Position numbers and translations under genes: made by a program. A stretch of 41,212 nucleotides of DNA from an uncultured Clostridia bacterium (GTDB taxonomy: Bacteria > Bacillota > Clostridia > Christensenellales > UBA1242): contig CALWTP010000063.1 of NCBI GenBank assembly GCA_944384495.1, forward strand, positions 1 through 41,212. The letters run 5' to 3'. Below the pieces are notes generated by a model. That model worked only from the letters and a program-made list of their open reading frames with translations. It was not told the DNA's origin and searched no databases. Shown here piece by piece: positions 7,617 through 18,400 of this stretch. Each line of letters opens with the position of its first letter. Positions within the stretch are counted from its first letter, which is position 1.

Positions 7617-8405
7617 ATGAAAAAGCTTGATAAAGTTGTCGTTATCACTGGAATTTCGGGCGGGATAGGCCAAAGGACTGCAGAATATCTATATCAGAGA
7701 GGTTGCAGAATTTATGGTATTATGAGAAGCGATTTTCAAAATGAAAAATACTTTTGTTATAAAGCGGATGTAAATGACCATAAGAGGATTGAGGAAATTT
7801 TTGAGGATATTTACCAAAAAGAAAAACGCATAGATGTGCTAATCAACAATGCTGGGTTTGGAATTGCAGGAGCAATCGAAAATGCACCAAAAGACAAAGT
7901 CTATCAGATTATCGACACAAATCTCGCATCTGCAATAACCGTAACGCAAGCATCGATAAAATACTTAAAAGAAAGCAGGGGAAATATTATCACAATATCA
8001 TCACTTGGCGGGGTGATCCCGTTGCCATATCAAGCTTGCTATAGTGCAACAAAGGCGGGAATAGAAATTTTTTCAAGAGCACTCGATGGCGAGGTAAAAC
8101 GATATGGAATTAAAACCACGGTAATATTGCCAGGTGATTTAAAAACGGGGTTTACAAATTCAAGGCAAAAGTATCTTGATCGAGGTAAATCGGTTTATGA
8201 AGAGCGGTCGATAAGAAAAATGGAAAATTTTGAGAACAAAGGCAAAGATCCAATTGTTGTCAGCAAAGCTATTTTCAAAATAATAAAACAAAAACGACCG
8301 CCACTACGAAAGACAATAGGCTTCGGAAATAAAATTTTGGTGTTTGCCACTCGGATTTTGCCAACAAGACTTATCAATTATTTAGTAAGAAACATTTATT
8401 GTTAG
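7617..8405 (+). CDS. Classical short-chain dehydrogenase/reductase (262 aa); candidate 3-keto-sphinganine-type reductase
   Basis: TGISGGIG cofactor motif (TGxxxGxG), NNAG, and a Ser...YSATK catalytic triad. The SDR family call is confident. The substrate call is inferred from operon context only. Confidence 0.85.
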   Translation: MKKLDKVVVITGISGGIGQRTAEYLYQRGCRIYGIMRSDFQNEKYFCYKADVNDHKRIEEIFEDIYQKEKRIDVLINNAGFGIAGAIENAPKDKVYQIIDTNLASAITVTQASIKYLKESRGNIITISSLGGVIPLPYQACYSATKAGIEIFSRALDGEVKRYGIKTTVILPGDLKTGFTNSRQKYLDRGKSVYEERSIRKMENFENKGKDPIVVSKAIFKIIKQKRPPLRKTIGFGNKILVFATRILPTRLINYLVRNIYC

Positions 8406-8415
8406 GAGGAACAAA

Positions 8416-9597
8416 ATGGATCTATTTGAAAAAACAAAAGGCGAGCATATCTATGATATGGCAAAAGAGAAGGGAATCTATCCATATTTCCACAAACTTA
8501 CCACAGGCCAGGATGTTGTTGTGGATATCGAGGGCAAAAACACGATTATGATAGGCTCCAACAACTATCTGGGATTGACATCACATCAAGAGGTTAAAGA
8601 GGCAGCAAAAAAGGCTATAGACAAGTATGGCTCGGGATGCTCAGGCTCAAGGTTTTTAAACGGCACACTTGACCTTCATGTGGAGCTTGAAAATGAGCTT
8701 GCACGATTTTTAAAGAAGGACAAGGTTATTACATTTAGCACGGGCTTTCAGGCAAATCTTGGAGTTATAAGTGCAATAGCAGGGCGAGGAGATTTTATCC
8801 TGTGCGACAAAGAAAATCATGCCAGCATCTATGATGGATGTCGTTTGAGCTATGCAAAGCTGTTGAGATATGAGCATAGTGACATGGAAGACCTTGAGAG
8901 AAAATTGAAGCTAGTGCCAGAGGATAATGGCATTTTAATCGTGACTGATGGTGTTTTCTCGATGGGAGGAGACATCTGCAAATTGCCAGAAATAGTAAAG
9001 CTTGCCAAAAAATATGGAGCAAGAATTATGGTAGATGATGCTCATGCGCTTGGCGTACTTGGCAAACATGGCAGAGGTACAGCGGAGTATTTTGGACTTG
9101 AGGATGATGTTGACATATATATGGGAACCTTTTCAAAATCACTGGCATCACTTGGTGGTTATATTGCGTCAAGTGCAAGGGTTATTGATTATATCACCCA
9201 CACCTCAAGGCCATATATTTTCAGTGCGAGCATGACCCCGGCATCAGTTGCAAGTGCTTTGACTGCGCTAAGGATCTTAGAACGTGAGCCTGAACGAATG
9301 GAAGCATTAAAAAACATTTCTTCATATATGCGTGAAGGACTCAAAAAGATGGGAATACAGATTATTGAGAGTCAAACTCCAATAATTCCAATCTATACCT
9401 ATGATGATGAAAAAGCTTTTATGGCCTGCAAGCTCTTACTTGATAGAGGTGTCTATGTAAATCCTGTTGTTTCTCCAGCAACTCCGGTTGGAAAGGCGCT
9501 CATTCGAACAAGTTATACAGCGACTCACACCAAAGAGCAAATGGACACAGCTATGGCAAAAATTCAAGAAGTAATGAAAATATTGGAAATCATATAG
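8416..9597 (+). CDS. PLP-dependent alpha-oxoamine synthase, serine palmitoyltransferase-like (393 aa)
   Basis: SNNYLGL, NHASIYDG, DDAHALG and the PLP-lysine motif GTFSKSLASLGG. From memory the FSKS-type motif resembles bacterial Spt, whereas E. coli Kbl has GTLGKALGG. AGGAGGA Shine-Dalgarno site lies 10 nt after the SDR stop. Family membership is confident; the acyl and amino-acid substrates are inference. Confidence 0.85.
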   Translation: MDLFEKTKGEHIYDMAKEKGIYPYFHKLTTGQDVVVDIEGKNTIMIGSNNYLGLTSHQEVKEAAKKAIDKYGSGCSGSRFLNGTLDLHVELENELARFLKKDKVITFSTGFQANLGVISAIAGRGDFILCDKENHASIYDGCRLSYAKLLRYEHSDMEDLERKLKLVPEDNGILIVTDGVFSMGGDICKLPEIVKLAKKYGARIMVDDAHALGVLGKHGRGTAEYFGLEDDVDIYMGTFSKSLASLGGYIASSARVIDYITHTSRPYIFSASMTPASVASALTALRILEREPERMEALKNISSYMREGLKKMGIQIIESQTPIIPIYTYDDEKAFMACKLLLDRGVYVNPVVSPATPVGKALIRTSYTATHTKEQMDTAMAKIQEVMKILEII

Positions 9598-9605
9598 AAA
9601 TAAAA

Positions 9606-9638
9606 ATAGAACAAACAGATGTTTTTGTTCTATTTTTT
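9606..9638 (+). terminator. Rho-independent terminator of the SDR-Spt-like operon
   Basis: Perfect 10-bp stem ATAGAACAAA / TTTGTTCTAT with an 8-nt loop, followed by T5. Confidence 0.8.
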
Positions 9639-9645
9639 AAAATTT

Positions 9646-9721
9646 TGGTCGAGGTGATGGGATTTGAACCCATGGCCTTACGGTCCCGAACCGTACGCGC
9701 TAGCCCCTGCGCTACACCTCG
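9646..9721 (-). tRNA. tRNA-Pro (anticodon CGG), 76 nt with encoded CCA
   Basis: Hand-folded cloverleaf. Acceptor CGAGGUG/CACCUCG, D stem GCGC/GCGC, anticodon stem UACGG/CCGUA with loop UUCGGGA (CGG, G37). T arm AUGGG-UUCAAAU-CCCAU, discriminator A, then CCA. Confidence 0.9.
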
Positions 9722-9928
9722 CTATAGTTATGTTATCACCGACAGCAAAAATATGCAAGTTATTTCGATTTTCTCTGAGAAATATTTGTTCTTAAGTCAT
9801 CATAAGCGATATAGGTTTTTATATTACCAAAATTAAATTTTTGGAGCTTAAAAATATTGACAAGATAGACCCGGAAGTAATTTTATAAAAAGCATATTAT
9901 GCCTTCCGTTGTACAATTTAGGCTGACT

Positions 9929-10435
9929 TTAATTTATTTCTTTATTAGTACTATTTTCAATTTTTAATAGTTCGATCTTTTTATCCGTTCCGGCAGAATA
10001 ACCCGTTATCTTGCCGTTTTGTCCCAAGACCCTATGACAGGGGATAAGTATGATGATTGGATTTTTGGCGACGGCATTGCCAACGGCTCTTGCTGACATT
10101 CTTTTGTTATGTTTATATGCCAGTTTTAAAGCTATGTCTTTATATGTAAGAGTTTTTCCGTATTCAATGTTTAAAAGCTCACGATAGACTTCCATTTGAA
10201 AGACACTGCCACTTGGCTTTAAAAGATTTTGATCAAAGGATACCTTTTGGCCGCTAAAATATTTATCTAAAAATTCTTTAACCTTTTTGAAGACTTCAAG
10301 ATCGTTATTTTCAACAAATTTTTTTTCATCAAAAGAAAAATACTTTTGTCCTTCGAAAGCCATTTTTGTAAGTTGTTCGCCATCGCTAAGGATAAATATT
10401 TTGCCTAAGGGCGAGGTATATTGTGAAAAATACAT
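9929..10435 (-). CDS. ogt: Methylated-DNA-protein-cysteine methyltransferase
   Basis: Active-site PCHRV motif (..LIPCHRVLG..) and 168 aa, typical of Ogt/Ada C-terminal domain proteins. Confidence 0.9.
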   Translation of the reverse strand: MYFSQYTSPLGKIFILSDGEQLTKMAFEGQKYFSFDEKKFVENNDLEVFKKVKEFLDKYFSGQKVSFDQNLLKPSGSVFQMEVYRELLNIEYGKTLTYKDIALKLAYKHNKRMSARAVGNAVAKNPIIILIPCHRVLGQNGKITGYSAGTDKKIELLKIENSTNKEIN

Positions 10436-10454
10436 GGTTTGCTCCTTATTTAAA

Positions 10455-11291
10455 TTAAAGTTGAGAATGGGAAAATCTTTTATAAAAATTTGGATAACTA
10501 ATAAATTCCTTATCGTTTAAATAGGATAAAATGCCATCCAAATGAAATATCAGTTTATAACAATGCAAACGCTGATATTTTGCTTTAAATTTTTTATTAT
10601 CCTCATTCTTACCATATTTCCCATCCCCAATGATAGGATGGCCAAGAAAGGCTAAATGGGCTCGGATTTGGTGAGTTTTACCTCCCAAAATCGTACATTC
10701 AATTATGCTTGAAGCGGGAGAAGAAGACAAAGTGTTAAACTTTGTTGCAATAGGCATCGCTCCTTTGGCGGGACATGAGAAAACTTTAACATGACTTTTA
10801 TTTTTATCCTTAAATAGATATGCGTTAAACCACTTGTTTTGGACATCAAACTGACCGACAACCTGTGCAAGATAGAGTTTTTCAATCTGATGTCTTTTCA
10901 TTGCTTGCAAAAGCAACGCTTCAGCCTCTTTGGTTCTTGCCAGTATCACAAGACCAGTGGTGTTTCTGTCAAGCCTATGAACAGCAAACGCATTCAATCT
11001 TTGCGCAAGACCATCTTTGCCAGTAATTTCAATTCCTTGAGGTTTATTGACAATTATAACCTTCTCATCTTGAAACACGATATCATAACTTCTTTCAATA
11101 TCCTTCTCTTCAAAATAAACTTGAACTTCACTTCCCTTTTGAACTTGAATGTTTTCTGAAATTTTCACCCCATCAATTCGTATATCTTTGTTTCTCAAAA
11201 GCTTATTGCAGTGATTATAAGAAAAATCTCGTTTTAGAAGTATATTTATGATTTTATCATTTTTTTTATTTATAAAGCTGATTTTATTCAT
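10455..11291 (-). CDS. RluA-family pseudouridine synthase with N-terminal S4-like domain
   Basis: Catalytic motif HRLDRNTTGLVILAR, the KTHQIR motif, and an S4-like N-terminus. Confidence 0.9.
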   Translation of the reverse strand: MNKISFINKKNDKIINILLKRDFSYNHCNKLLRNKDIRIDGVKISENIQVQKGSEVQVYFEEKDIERSYDIVFQDEKVIIVNKPQGIEITGKDGLAQRLNAFAVHRLDRNTTGLVILARTKEAEALLLQAMKRHQIEKLYLAQVVGQFDVQNKWFNAYLFKDKNKSHVKVFSCPAKGAMPIATKFNTLSSSPASSIIECTILGGKTHQIRAHLAFLGHPIIGDGKYGKNEDNKKFKAKYQRLHCYKLIFHLDGILSYLNDKEFISYPNFYKRFSHSQL

Positions 11292-11366
11292 GCCTCAATT
11301 GTACAACAAATCACTTTGAAAATCTATCATTTTTTAAATTTTACCAGAATATATTAAGGAAAAGAG

Positions 11367-11621
11367 GTGAAGATGAACAAGTTTTTACATTTAGAAGGTG
11401 ACATGCTTCAGATCAAAGGTGCAACAAAGATTGTTTCATCAACAACAAGTCAGGCCGTTGTTGAGACTGCTGATTCAACTATTGTTGTAACAGGACAAAA
11501 TATTGAGGTCAAAAGATTGAATTTGGATGAACAGGATGTATGCCTTTCGGGCACCTTTTCACAATTTAAGTTTAATTCTTCAGCAGTCAAAGTTCCACTC
11601 TTGAAAAGAATTTTTAAGTAG
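11367..11621 (+). CDS. yabP: Sporulation protein YabP
   Basis: About 80 aa. Pattern L.I.G..K.........V.T......V.G.N..VK.L.L....V...G matches the YabP family and the gene is followed by a yabQ-like gene. The real start may be ATG 11373, 7 nt after the GAGG Shine-Dalgarno site. Confidence 0.75.
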   Translation: MKMNKFLHLEGDMLQIKGATKIVSSTTSQAVVETADSTIVVTGQNIEVKRLNLDEQDVCLSGTFSQFKFNSSAVKVPLLKRIFK

Positions 11622-11631
11622 AGAGGGAGGA

Positions 11632-12000
11632 ATGCTTTATCCGTCGCTTAATCAACCACTTGTGATAGCCTGTACATTTTGTATAGGTATTTTGTCAGGT
11701 TTAATTTTTGATGGAATGGGATTGCTTGCAAAAATATGTAAAAAAATAAAATTTGCAAATATTTTTTTTGATTTTTTAGCTGTTATTTTTTCATTTTTTT
11801 TATTAATTTTTGTAAATTTAAAGATAAATTATGGGCAATTTAGATTTTACGTTTTAATTGTTTTTTTTACAGCTTTTTTCTTGGAAAGAGCACTATCGAA
11901 TTTATTGACAAAAAAGCTTTTTTATACAATTGTAAATAAGAAAATAAAAGAAAAAAGCATGGAAAAGAAATCAAAAAAAAATGATAAAAAAATTGTTTAA
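11632..12000 (+). CDS. yabQ: YabQ-like spore cortex biosynthesis membrane protein
   Basis: A 122-aa multi-pass membrane protein immediately after yabP, with a G..SGLIFD motif near the N-terminus and a lysine-rich tail. The call rests largely on synteny. Confidence 0.6.
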   Translation: MLYPSLNQPLVIACTFCIGILSGLIFDGMGLLAKICKKIKFANIFFDFLAVIFSFFLLIFVNLKINYGQFRFYVLIVFFTAFFLERALSNLLTKKLFYTIVNKKIKEKSMEKKSKKNDKKIV

Positions 12001-12091
12001 ATTGTATGAAATTTTAATAAATGTCAATAAATTTTGAAAATAATTTAAATTTTATTGAAAAAATATAAAAAAACTGATAAAATAAAACTGA

Positions 12092-12289
12092 ATGGAAAAT
12101 AAAAAAAATAAAAAAAGATGGCTGGACATTGTTTTGATTGTGGGAATATGCGTGCTCATTGCTTTTGTGGTGGTGACAAGCATTGTCATCAACAACAAGC
12201 GAAAAGACCTTGATAATCTGGAACAGCAGATTGAACAGATGGAAAACTCGTCACAAGAGCAAGAAAATTTAGCGGAGATATCTTTATAA
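12092..12289 (+). CDS. Small bitopic coiled-coil protein, DivIC/FtsB-like by position
   Basis: 65 aa: basic N-terminus, one TM helix, then a Q/E-rich heptad-like tail. It occupies the divIC position of the B. subtilis yabP-yabQ-divIC order. Confidence 0.45.
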   Translation: MENKKNKKRWLDIVLIVGICVLIAFVVVTSIVINNKRKDLDNLEQQIEQMENSSQEQENLAEISL

Positions 12290-12321
12290 CCATCTTTTAC
12301 AATGTCATCCTGATGAGAAAC

Positions 12322-12349
12322 TTGATAAGTATTTGAAGTAAACTATAAT
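12322..12349 (+). promoter_or_regulatory. Candidate sigma-A promoter for the giant gene
   Basis: TTGATA (12322-12327), a 16-nt spacer, then TATAAT (12344-12349). AGGAAGAGG Shine-Dalgarno site lies 5 nt before ATG 12473. Confidence 0.45.
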
Positions 12350-12472
12350 TAGGTATAGTGAAAAACTCGCATTTATATTGTGTATTTATTAATAATAATC
12401 TAAAATTTGCTAAAACATTTGCTTTATAGGCTTAAAAAGTGATAATATGAAAATACTAAGGAAGAGGTTTTA

Positions 12473-15400
12473 ATGAAGGGAAAAATCTTAACCATATTGG
12501 CGCTAGTTGTACTTTCTTTAGTAGCAATGACAGCCTGTTCGGGAAGGCCAAGCAAGAGTGGCGAATTTAAAAGTGATACATATGTTCTCTCTATTGGAGA
12601 CAGCATAGATCTTTATAATGAAATTACGATGAAAAATGGCGAGAAGAGTGATGTCGCCATCTCTTTATCCAATGGCAATCTGTCTTTATCCAGCGATAAC
12701 ACCTTTGAAGCGGTGAAGAGCGGACAGACAATTGCTTTTGCAAATTACAATGGTCAAAGCTTTGCGCAGTGTAAAATAATAATTCGCTATAAATTTTCCG
12801 CTCCTTCCAATATATCAGTGGACGAAAATGGAAACATCACTTGGAATCGCTCGTTCGCGATGATAGAAGGGCAGGAAGTCTTTGCCACCGATTATACTCT
12901 TTCAATTGCCAATGTGACAGGTTTAGAGCAAATTGATTATGATTCAATTATATTTGAAGAGATTGAGGTTGGCGAAAGCTATCAAATTTCGCAACCGGGA
13001 TCTTATTGTGTTAAGCTTATGGCAAATGCTATTGAAAATGACAACATAGACAGCTCACAACAAAGCAAAATGGTTGTTTTGAATTATAAGGTGATGGGAA
13101 GAGTTGAAAATTTAAATATTTTGCCATCAAGCTTTAGCGGTAATCAAAGCTCCACGATTTCTTGGGATGAAAAAGAAAACGCAATATACAACATCTATGC
13201 CGAGGGATTTTTGATTGAGGAAAATTTAGAAGGCAATTCTTTTGATTATGATTTTTCATTTTTACAGGCTGGCGAAAGTGTGCCGTTTATGGTTGTGGCC
13301 ATTGACAAGAATGGAATATTTTTAGAAACCAACACATCATTCACTGTGACTGGACTTGAAACTCCAGCGCCTGTATATAGCAATGATACTGAGGGCTTTA
13401 TATCATGGCAAAGTGTTGAAAATGCATCGACATATCTTTTTAATTTTATAAGTTTAGATGATGCAACCGTTCAACAATCTTTTGTTGTTCAGTCGGGGCA
13501 AAATAGCAATCAAGTGTTCGACTCTTTGCCAAGTGGAAATTATAGGCTTTATGCAAGCGCGCAAGCATCAGTAAGTCAGGGTCAGCTATATAGTACGAGT
13601 ACTTTATCTGAAGTGCAATATTATACAAAACTCAATACCCCGCAATCAACCGTCACCTTTGACGGAAAAACATTAAACGTGGACATTGAAGAGGACTCTT
13701 ACAACAAAAATTATAAGGCCACCATCGAGGATAGAGTGTTCTATTTTTCAAGTAACCAGTTTTCGATAGACCTTGATGGTTTCGATTTGGGATTGCACAC
13801 TTTGTCCATCACAGCTTTGCCAAATCCTGGGCAGATGATTATTGTAAATCAGGACCAGACTTCAAACCCGTTAAATTCAAACCCGTTTACTTTTGATTTC
13901 TATATTTTGGATACACTTGGGGAAATTCATCATAGTCTTGACCAAGAGCGCAACATTTCAATATTCTCCCTTTCCACAATAGAAAATGCAAACTATTATA
14001 AGCTGTACATAAACGATATACTTTTTGACATCGAGCCTTATATTGAGAACAACATTGTTTCTTTCACAGTTGAAAATCTGAATCAAATACAACCAAGTCT
14101 TTCTGGATATGAGATAATGGTGACCGCCGGAAATAATATAGATGGAATTGAGTATGCGCCCCTTTCAACTACCACAAAAACGCTTGAAATTTTGCCTTTG
14201 GTTCAAAAAAGCACATCAGAACAAAATGGCTATTATATATGGGACAATCTGGACCAAATTTACCAAGATCGTTTTGAAGAAGAGGTATCGTATTACTATG
14301 AAATTTTCAAGTCAAACAAAGATTATACCAACATCGAAGAGCCAAGTGTGCAATCGGGCTGGACCATGGATGGCAAAAATCAAAACGCGTTAGAGTTTGG
14401 TTATTACATCATCCACATATATGCTCATTCAAATGATACAAATTTATATCTTGACAATACTTTCCACGACAAGGAGAACTTCTTTACCGGCGAATTTTTT
14501 GTGACCGAGCAAATCGCCACACCAACCGCAGTTTTGACTCGAGATGGGGAGTTTAAAGACAATTATTATCTTTCCATATCCACAGTAGAATATGGTGGCG
14601 GATATGTGGTCTATGTTGACGGTGAGTTTGACGGGCAAATAGAGGTGAACAGTGATACGTCAGTTGCGACTTATACTTTTTCAAATACTTTTGAAAAGGT
14701 AAAAAATTATGATATTGCCTTGATTGCAACAAGTGGCTCACGCTTTGACGGGCAACTTCATTTAAACTCAGAAGAGTATCATTTAAATATAGAAAAATTG
14801 CCACAGCCGACCTTCTCCTATCGAGAGGCTTATGACGATTATGGGACAAAAATTAGGGAAGATTTGACGATTGCATCTATTTCAAATCTGCAACAGATAA
14901 AAATCAAAATTGATGATGTGATTGTAAATGCTTCTTCAAACAATACCATAGATTTATACTCATACGACAACGAATTTACTCTTAATCTTCAATACATAGC
15001 AATAGATGGTGGCGACAATCAATTCTATATAAACAGTGATGAGCGGATAGTTGAGTTTTACAGAACCACAGCACCGTCCAACATGCACTTCTCGGACGGA
15101 ATATTAAGCTGGGATGGTCAAGACACAAACATAGCAGACTATTATCTCTCAATCATACTTACAAATCAGCAAAATGGGAATTCATATTATTCATTCTTCC
15201 TAGGGAATACTCTAAATAGTTTTAATCTTCAGACAAAAATCAATCAATTACTTGATACAAATGCTTTATTTGCAACAAGCTATAGAATGGCGGACAGTGT
15301 GGACATCAAGCTCTATGCCTATGCATTACCAGTTGACGATAGTCAGAATGCTTTCTATATTTCATCACAATATGGCACAACACAGGCAAATCAAACTTAT

Positions 15401-18400
15401 CTTTCTTTGACCACTTTGGAAGCTCCAAATCTCAGTTTTAATAGTGCCACGAGGACACTAAGCTGGAATGATGTTGGACAAAATACATATTATGACATCT
15501 ATGTCGATGATGTATGCGTTGTAGAAGGATATAGAGGCAGTGTACTAGCTTCTGAAAATATGATAAGCATAAACCTTGACAGCTTGGGAGATATTGATTG
15601 GCAAAATAGAAAGGAGGTTGTGGTAAAGACTGTAAATCCAAGTTATCTCGACTCGGAAGATTCAAATGTTATATACATAAAACAGTTGGCGCCAATACTA
15701 AATCTCAATATTTCATCCGCCCAAAATCAGTATCAGGCCTCGTTTAATATAACAACTGACATTGAATACATCAGCCATATTCTTTTAAATAATGAAATTG
15801 TCGCAAGTTACAACTCCTCGTCGGCGACAGGGAGTTTTGCCTTAGACGATCCTTCTGTAACCGTATTTGATTTACAGGTGTGTGCAAAAGACAACGGAAA
15901 TTACTACTACTTAGACTCTATCATCACAACTTTTGAACTTCATGATATAAACGAGAGTAATTTTGAATTGACACTTGATGGAGATATGCTTAAATGGACG
16001 CAATTAGACTCGCAAATCGTTGGACAGCCAGAAAACAAAATTAAGTATACACTTGTTATCACCAGTGGTGGAAAATCATATGATATCAGCACTTTTGATC
16101 TTGAATATTCCATTCAAGAGATAGAAGAGGCAATTGGTGAGGTATTGTCAGATACTGTCAATATAAAAGTGGTGGCAAATGTATTAAACTATACTTTCAC
16201 TCAAACCGATGGACAGGCAAGGGGATATTATGGTCAAAAAGAGAGCACCGAGGAGACAACAACCAAATTAAATAAAGTAGCACAAATAACTGTAAATTAT
16301 TTAGTTGATAGCACTCAAAGCCTAGACCTAGACAAATACTTAGAAAGTTACGCACAGCTTTCATGGAACGACGAATGGAGTTCTTATCAAAATGTGAAAT
16401 TTTTAATCAAAGTTTCAAATTCAAATTCTGTCTTGCTCGAAACAACGGTGGGACAAGTTGTCAGTCAGGATTACAGCCTTTCACTGCAAGACGGAATTTA
16501 CACATTAAGGCTAAATAAAGCTTTAATATCGGCAATAAATACCACTGTTGAGATCACTGTTATAGTGCAGGGGAATATAAATTCTCAGCCAACTTCTGTG
16601 ACTATCAGCAGGTTAAATAGCATAGCAGAGGCTTCGGTTGATGGTGATGGCATTTTGACAGTAGACGTAAGTGAAACACAGGATTTAATAGGAGAGGGAA
16701 TCAATTTACTGCTTGAGTTGAGACTGGGACAAGATATAGTAAATTATACCTTCAGTGCTCAACAACAGCTTAATTTAAACAGTGAAGAACTTGGTCTCCT
16801 TTACGGCAAATATGGAGCATATTCGATAAGAATTATTGCAATTGATCAAAATAATCGAGTTTTACCATCTGGTGATGCATATATGATTACGGGGAACAAA
16901 CTTCAAGGTATAGATCAGCTGATAATCAATCAAAGCGGTGATATAGAGATAACTGTGATTGCCGATGATCTTTCTGACATTGTTTTCCATGCGAAAACCA
17001 TGGTAGGAGCAAATGAAGTTATAAAGACTTTCTTACCAGATCAAAATGAAAGTAGCAATGTTTATACGATATCAATGCTGGAAATGCTCGAACTTTTCTT
17101 TAATGATGCTGATGGTACAAGTGGATATTTATTTGAACAAATTTATAACTTTGAAATTACGGTGAGTAAGTCAGACTCGGTGACAGCGGACTGGAAAGAA
17201 ATCTCTTTTGGCTATAAATTTGAATCATTGCAAAATCAAGCAAAGATACTTAGATCAAACGATCTAAGTCGTGATTACATCATAATCGGTGCCCTTGCGG
17301 ATAGCATCTTGAATGATCCAACACGTGCCCTAATCGTCAGCATAAGAGATGGGTCCACCGTGACAAACATTAAATTGAATTCACTTATGTTAATCTTGCT
17401 TCGTGGTTATTGGAAAACAACATCACAGCAAGATAAGGGGACATTTGTAACCACACAAGGTAATGATGGAGCAACATATACTCCTTGTTATGGAGTTTGT
17501 TTAAATGACATTCTCGACGACTACTTGCCAGAGTTTGATTATGGTAATTTTGAAGTTGAAATCTCACGCATTAGCAATGAAAATAGTACCTATTATCAAT
17601 ATAATCAAACTTCGTTTGAAGTAAAACGATTAAATGAAATTATAAATCTTGAGATATATGACAATGTTCTATCTTGGCAGTGGATTAAGCCTGCAGATTT
17701 TATGGCAGACCCAACATTCCAAGCAGTCTCATATTATGTGGTTATTGATCAGATTACTAATGATGGTCTTTCAAATGTAAAAAAGCTTCTTGTAAATTCA
17801 GCATCTCTTGATTTAAGAGGGGTGAATGAAATTATTCCAGGAAACAGATATCAAATTTCTGTGATAGCTTTGCCAAATGCCGATAATCAAACCGTGATAA
17901 GCTCGAAGGCTGTTGTTTATGGCAGTGAAGTCTATAAATATGCCACCCCTATTTCACTTGAGGTAAAGGATGGAAAAATAACATTTAATGCCGAGCAGTT
18001 TGAAACCAGCGCATTTATTCAAGATTTAAAGGATTATTTTGGAGAAGAAGATCCAAGCATTTCAGGTAAAACTGAGCTTTACCAAATCGTAGGTGCAAAA
18101 ACATATTACCAGCCTATAGAATTTCTCGCGAGTACATTGTTAAATCAGCGGGTTGTTTTGAGATTTATTCTGCGCGATGGAAATAGTGATACCAATACAC
18201 ACTATGATGTTGAACTTTTTGCATATCAATTGTTCCCAGATATAGAAATATTAAATGCGGATAACGTCATAGCCACAGATGAATTACATTCGTATTTTGA
18301 TCTTTTAAATTCCTATTTAAATACTAGTCGAATCGACCAATCCGTACCAGAGGGAAGAGAAACTGTAAATTTAATAGAGACGTTGTTATCTTCCTATAGA

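Noticed and set aside
9645-9836. A 63-aa plus-strand track ORF (MVEVMGFEPMALRS...).
   Set aside because: It is the reverse-complement reading of the tRNA-Pro gene plus non-coding spacer.
9646-9928. tRNA-Pro as an integration site for a genomic island.
   Set aside because: There is no integrase, no duplicated tRNA 3' end, and no foreign-looking genes next to it. The neighbours are ogt and the Spt-like operon terminator.
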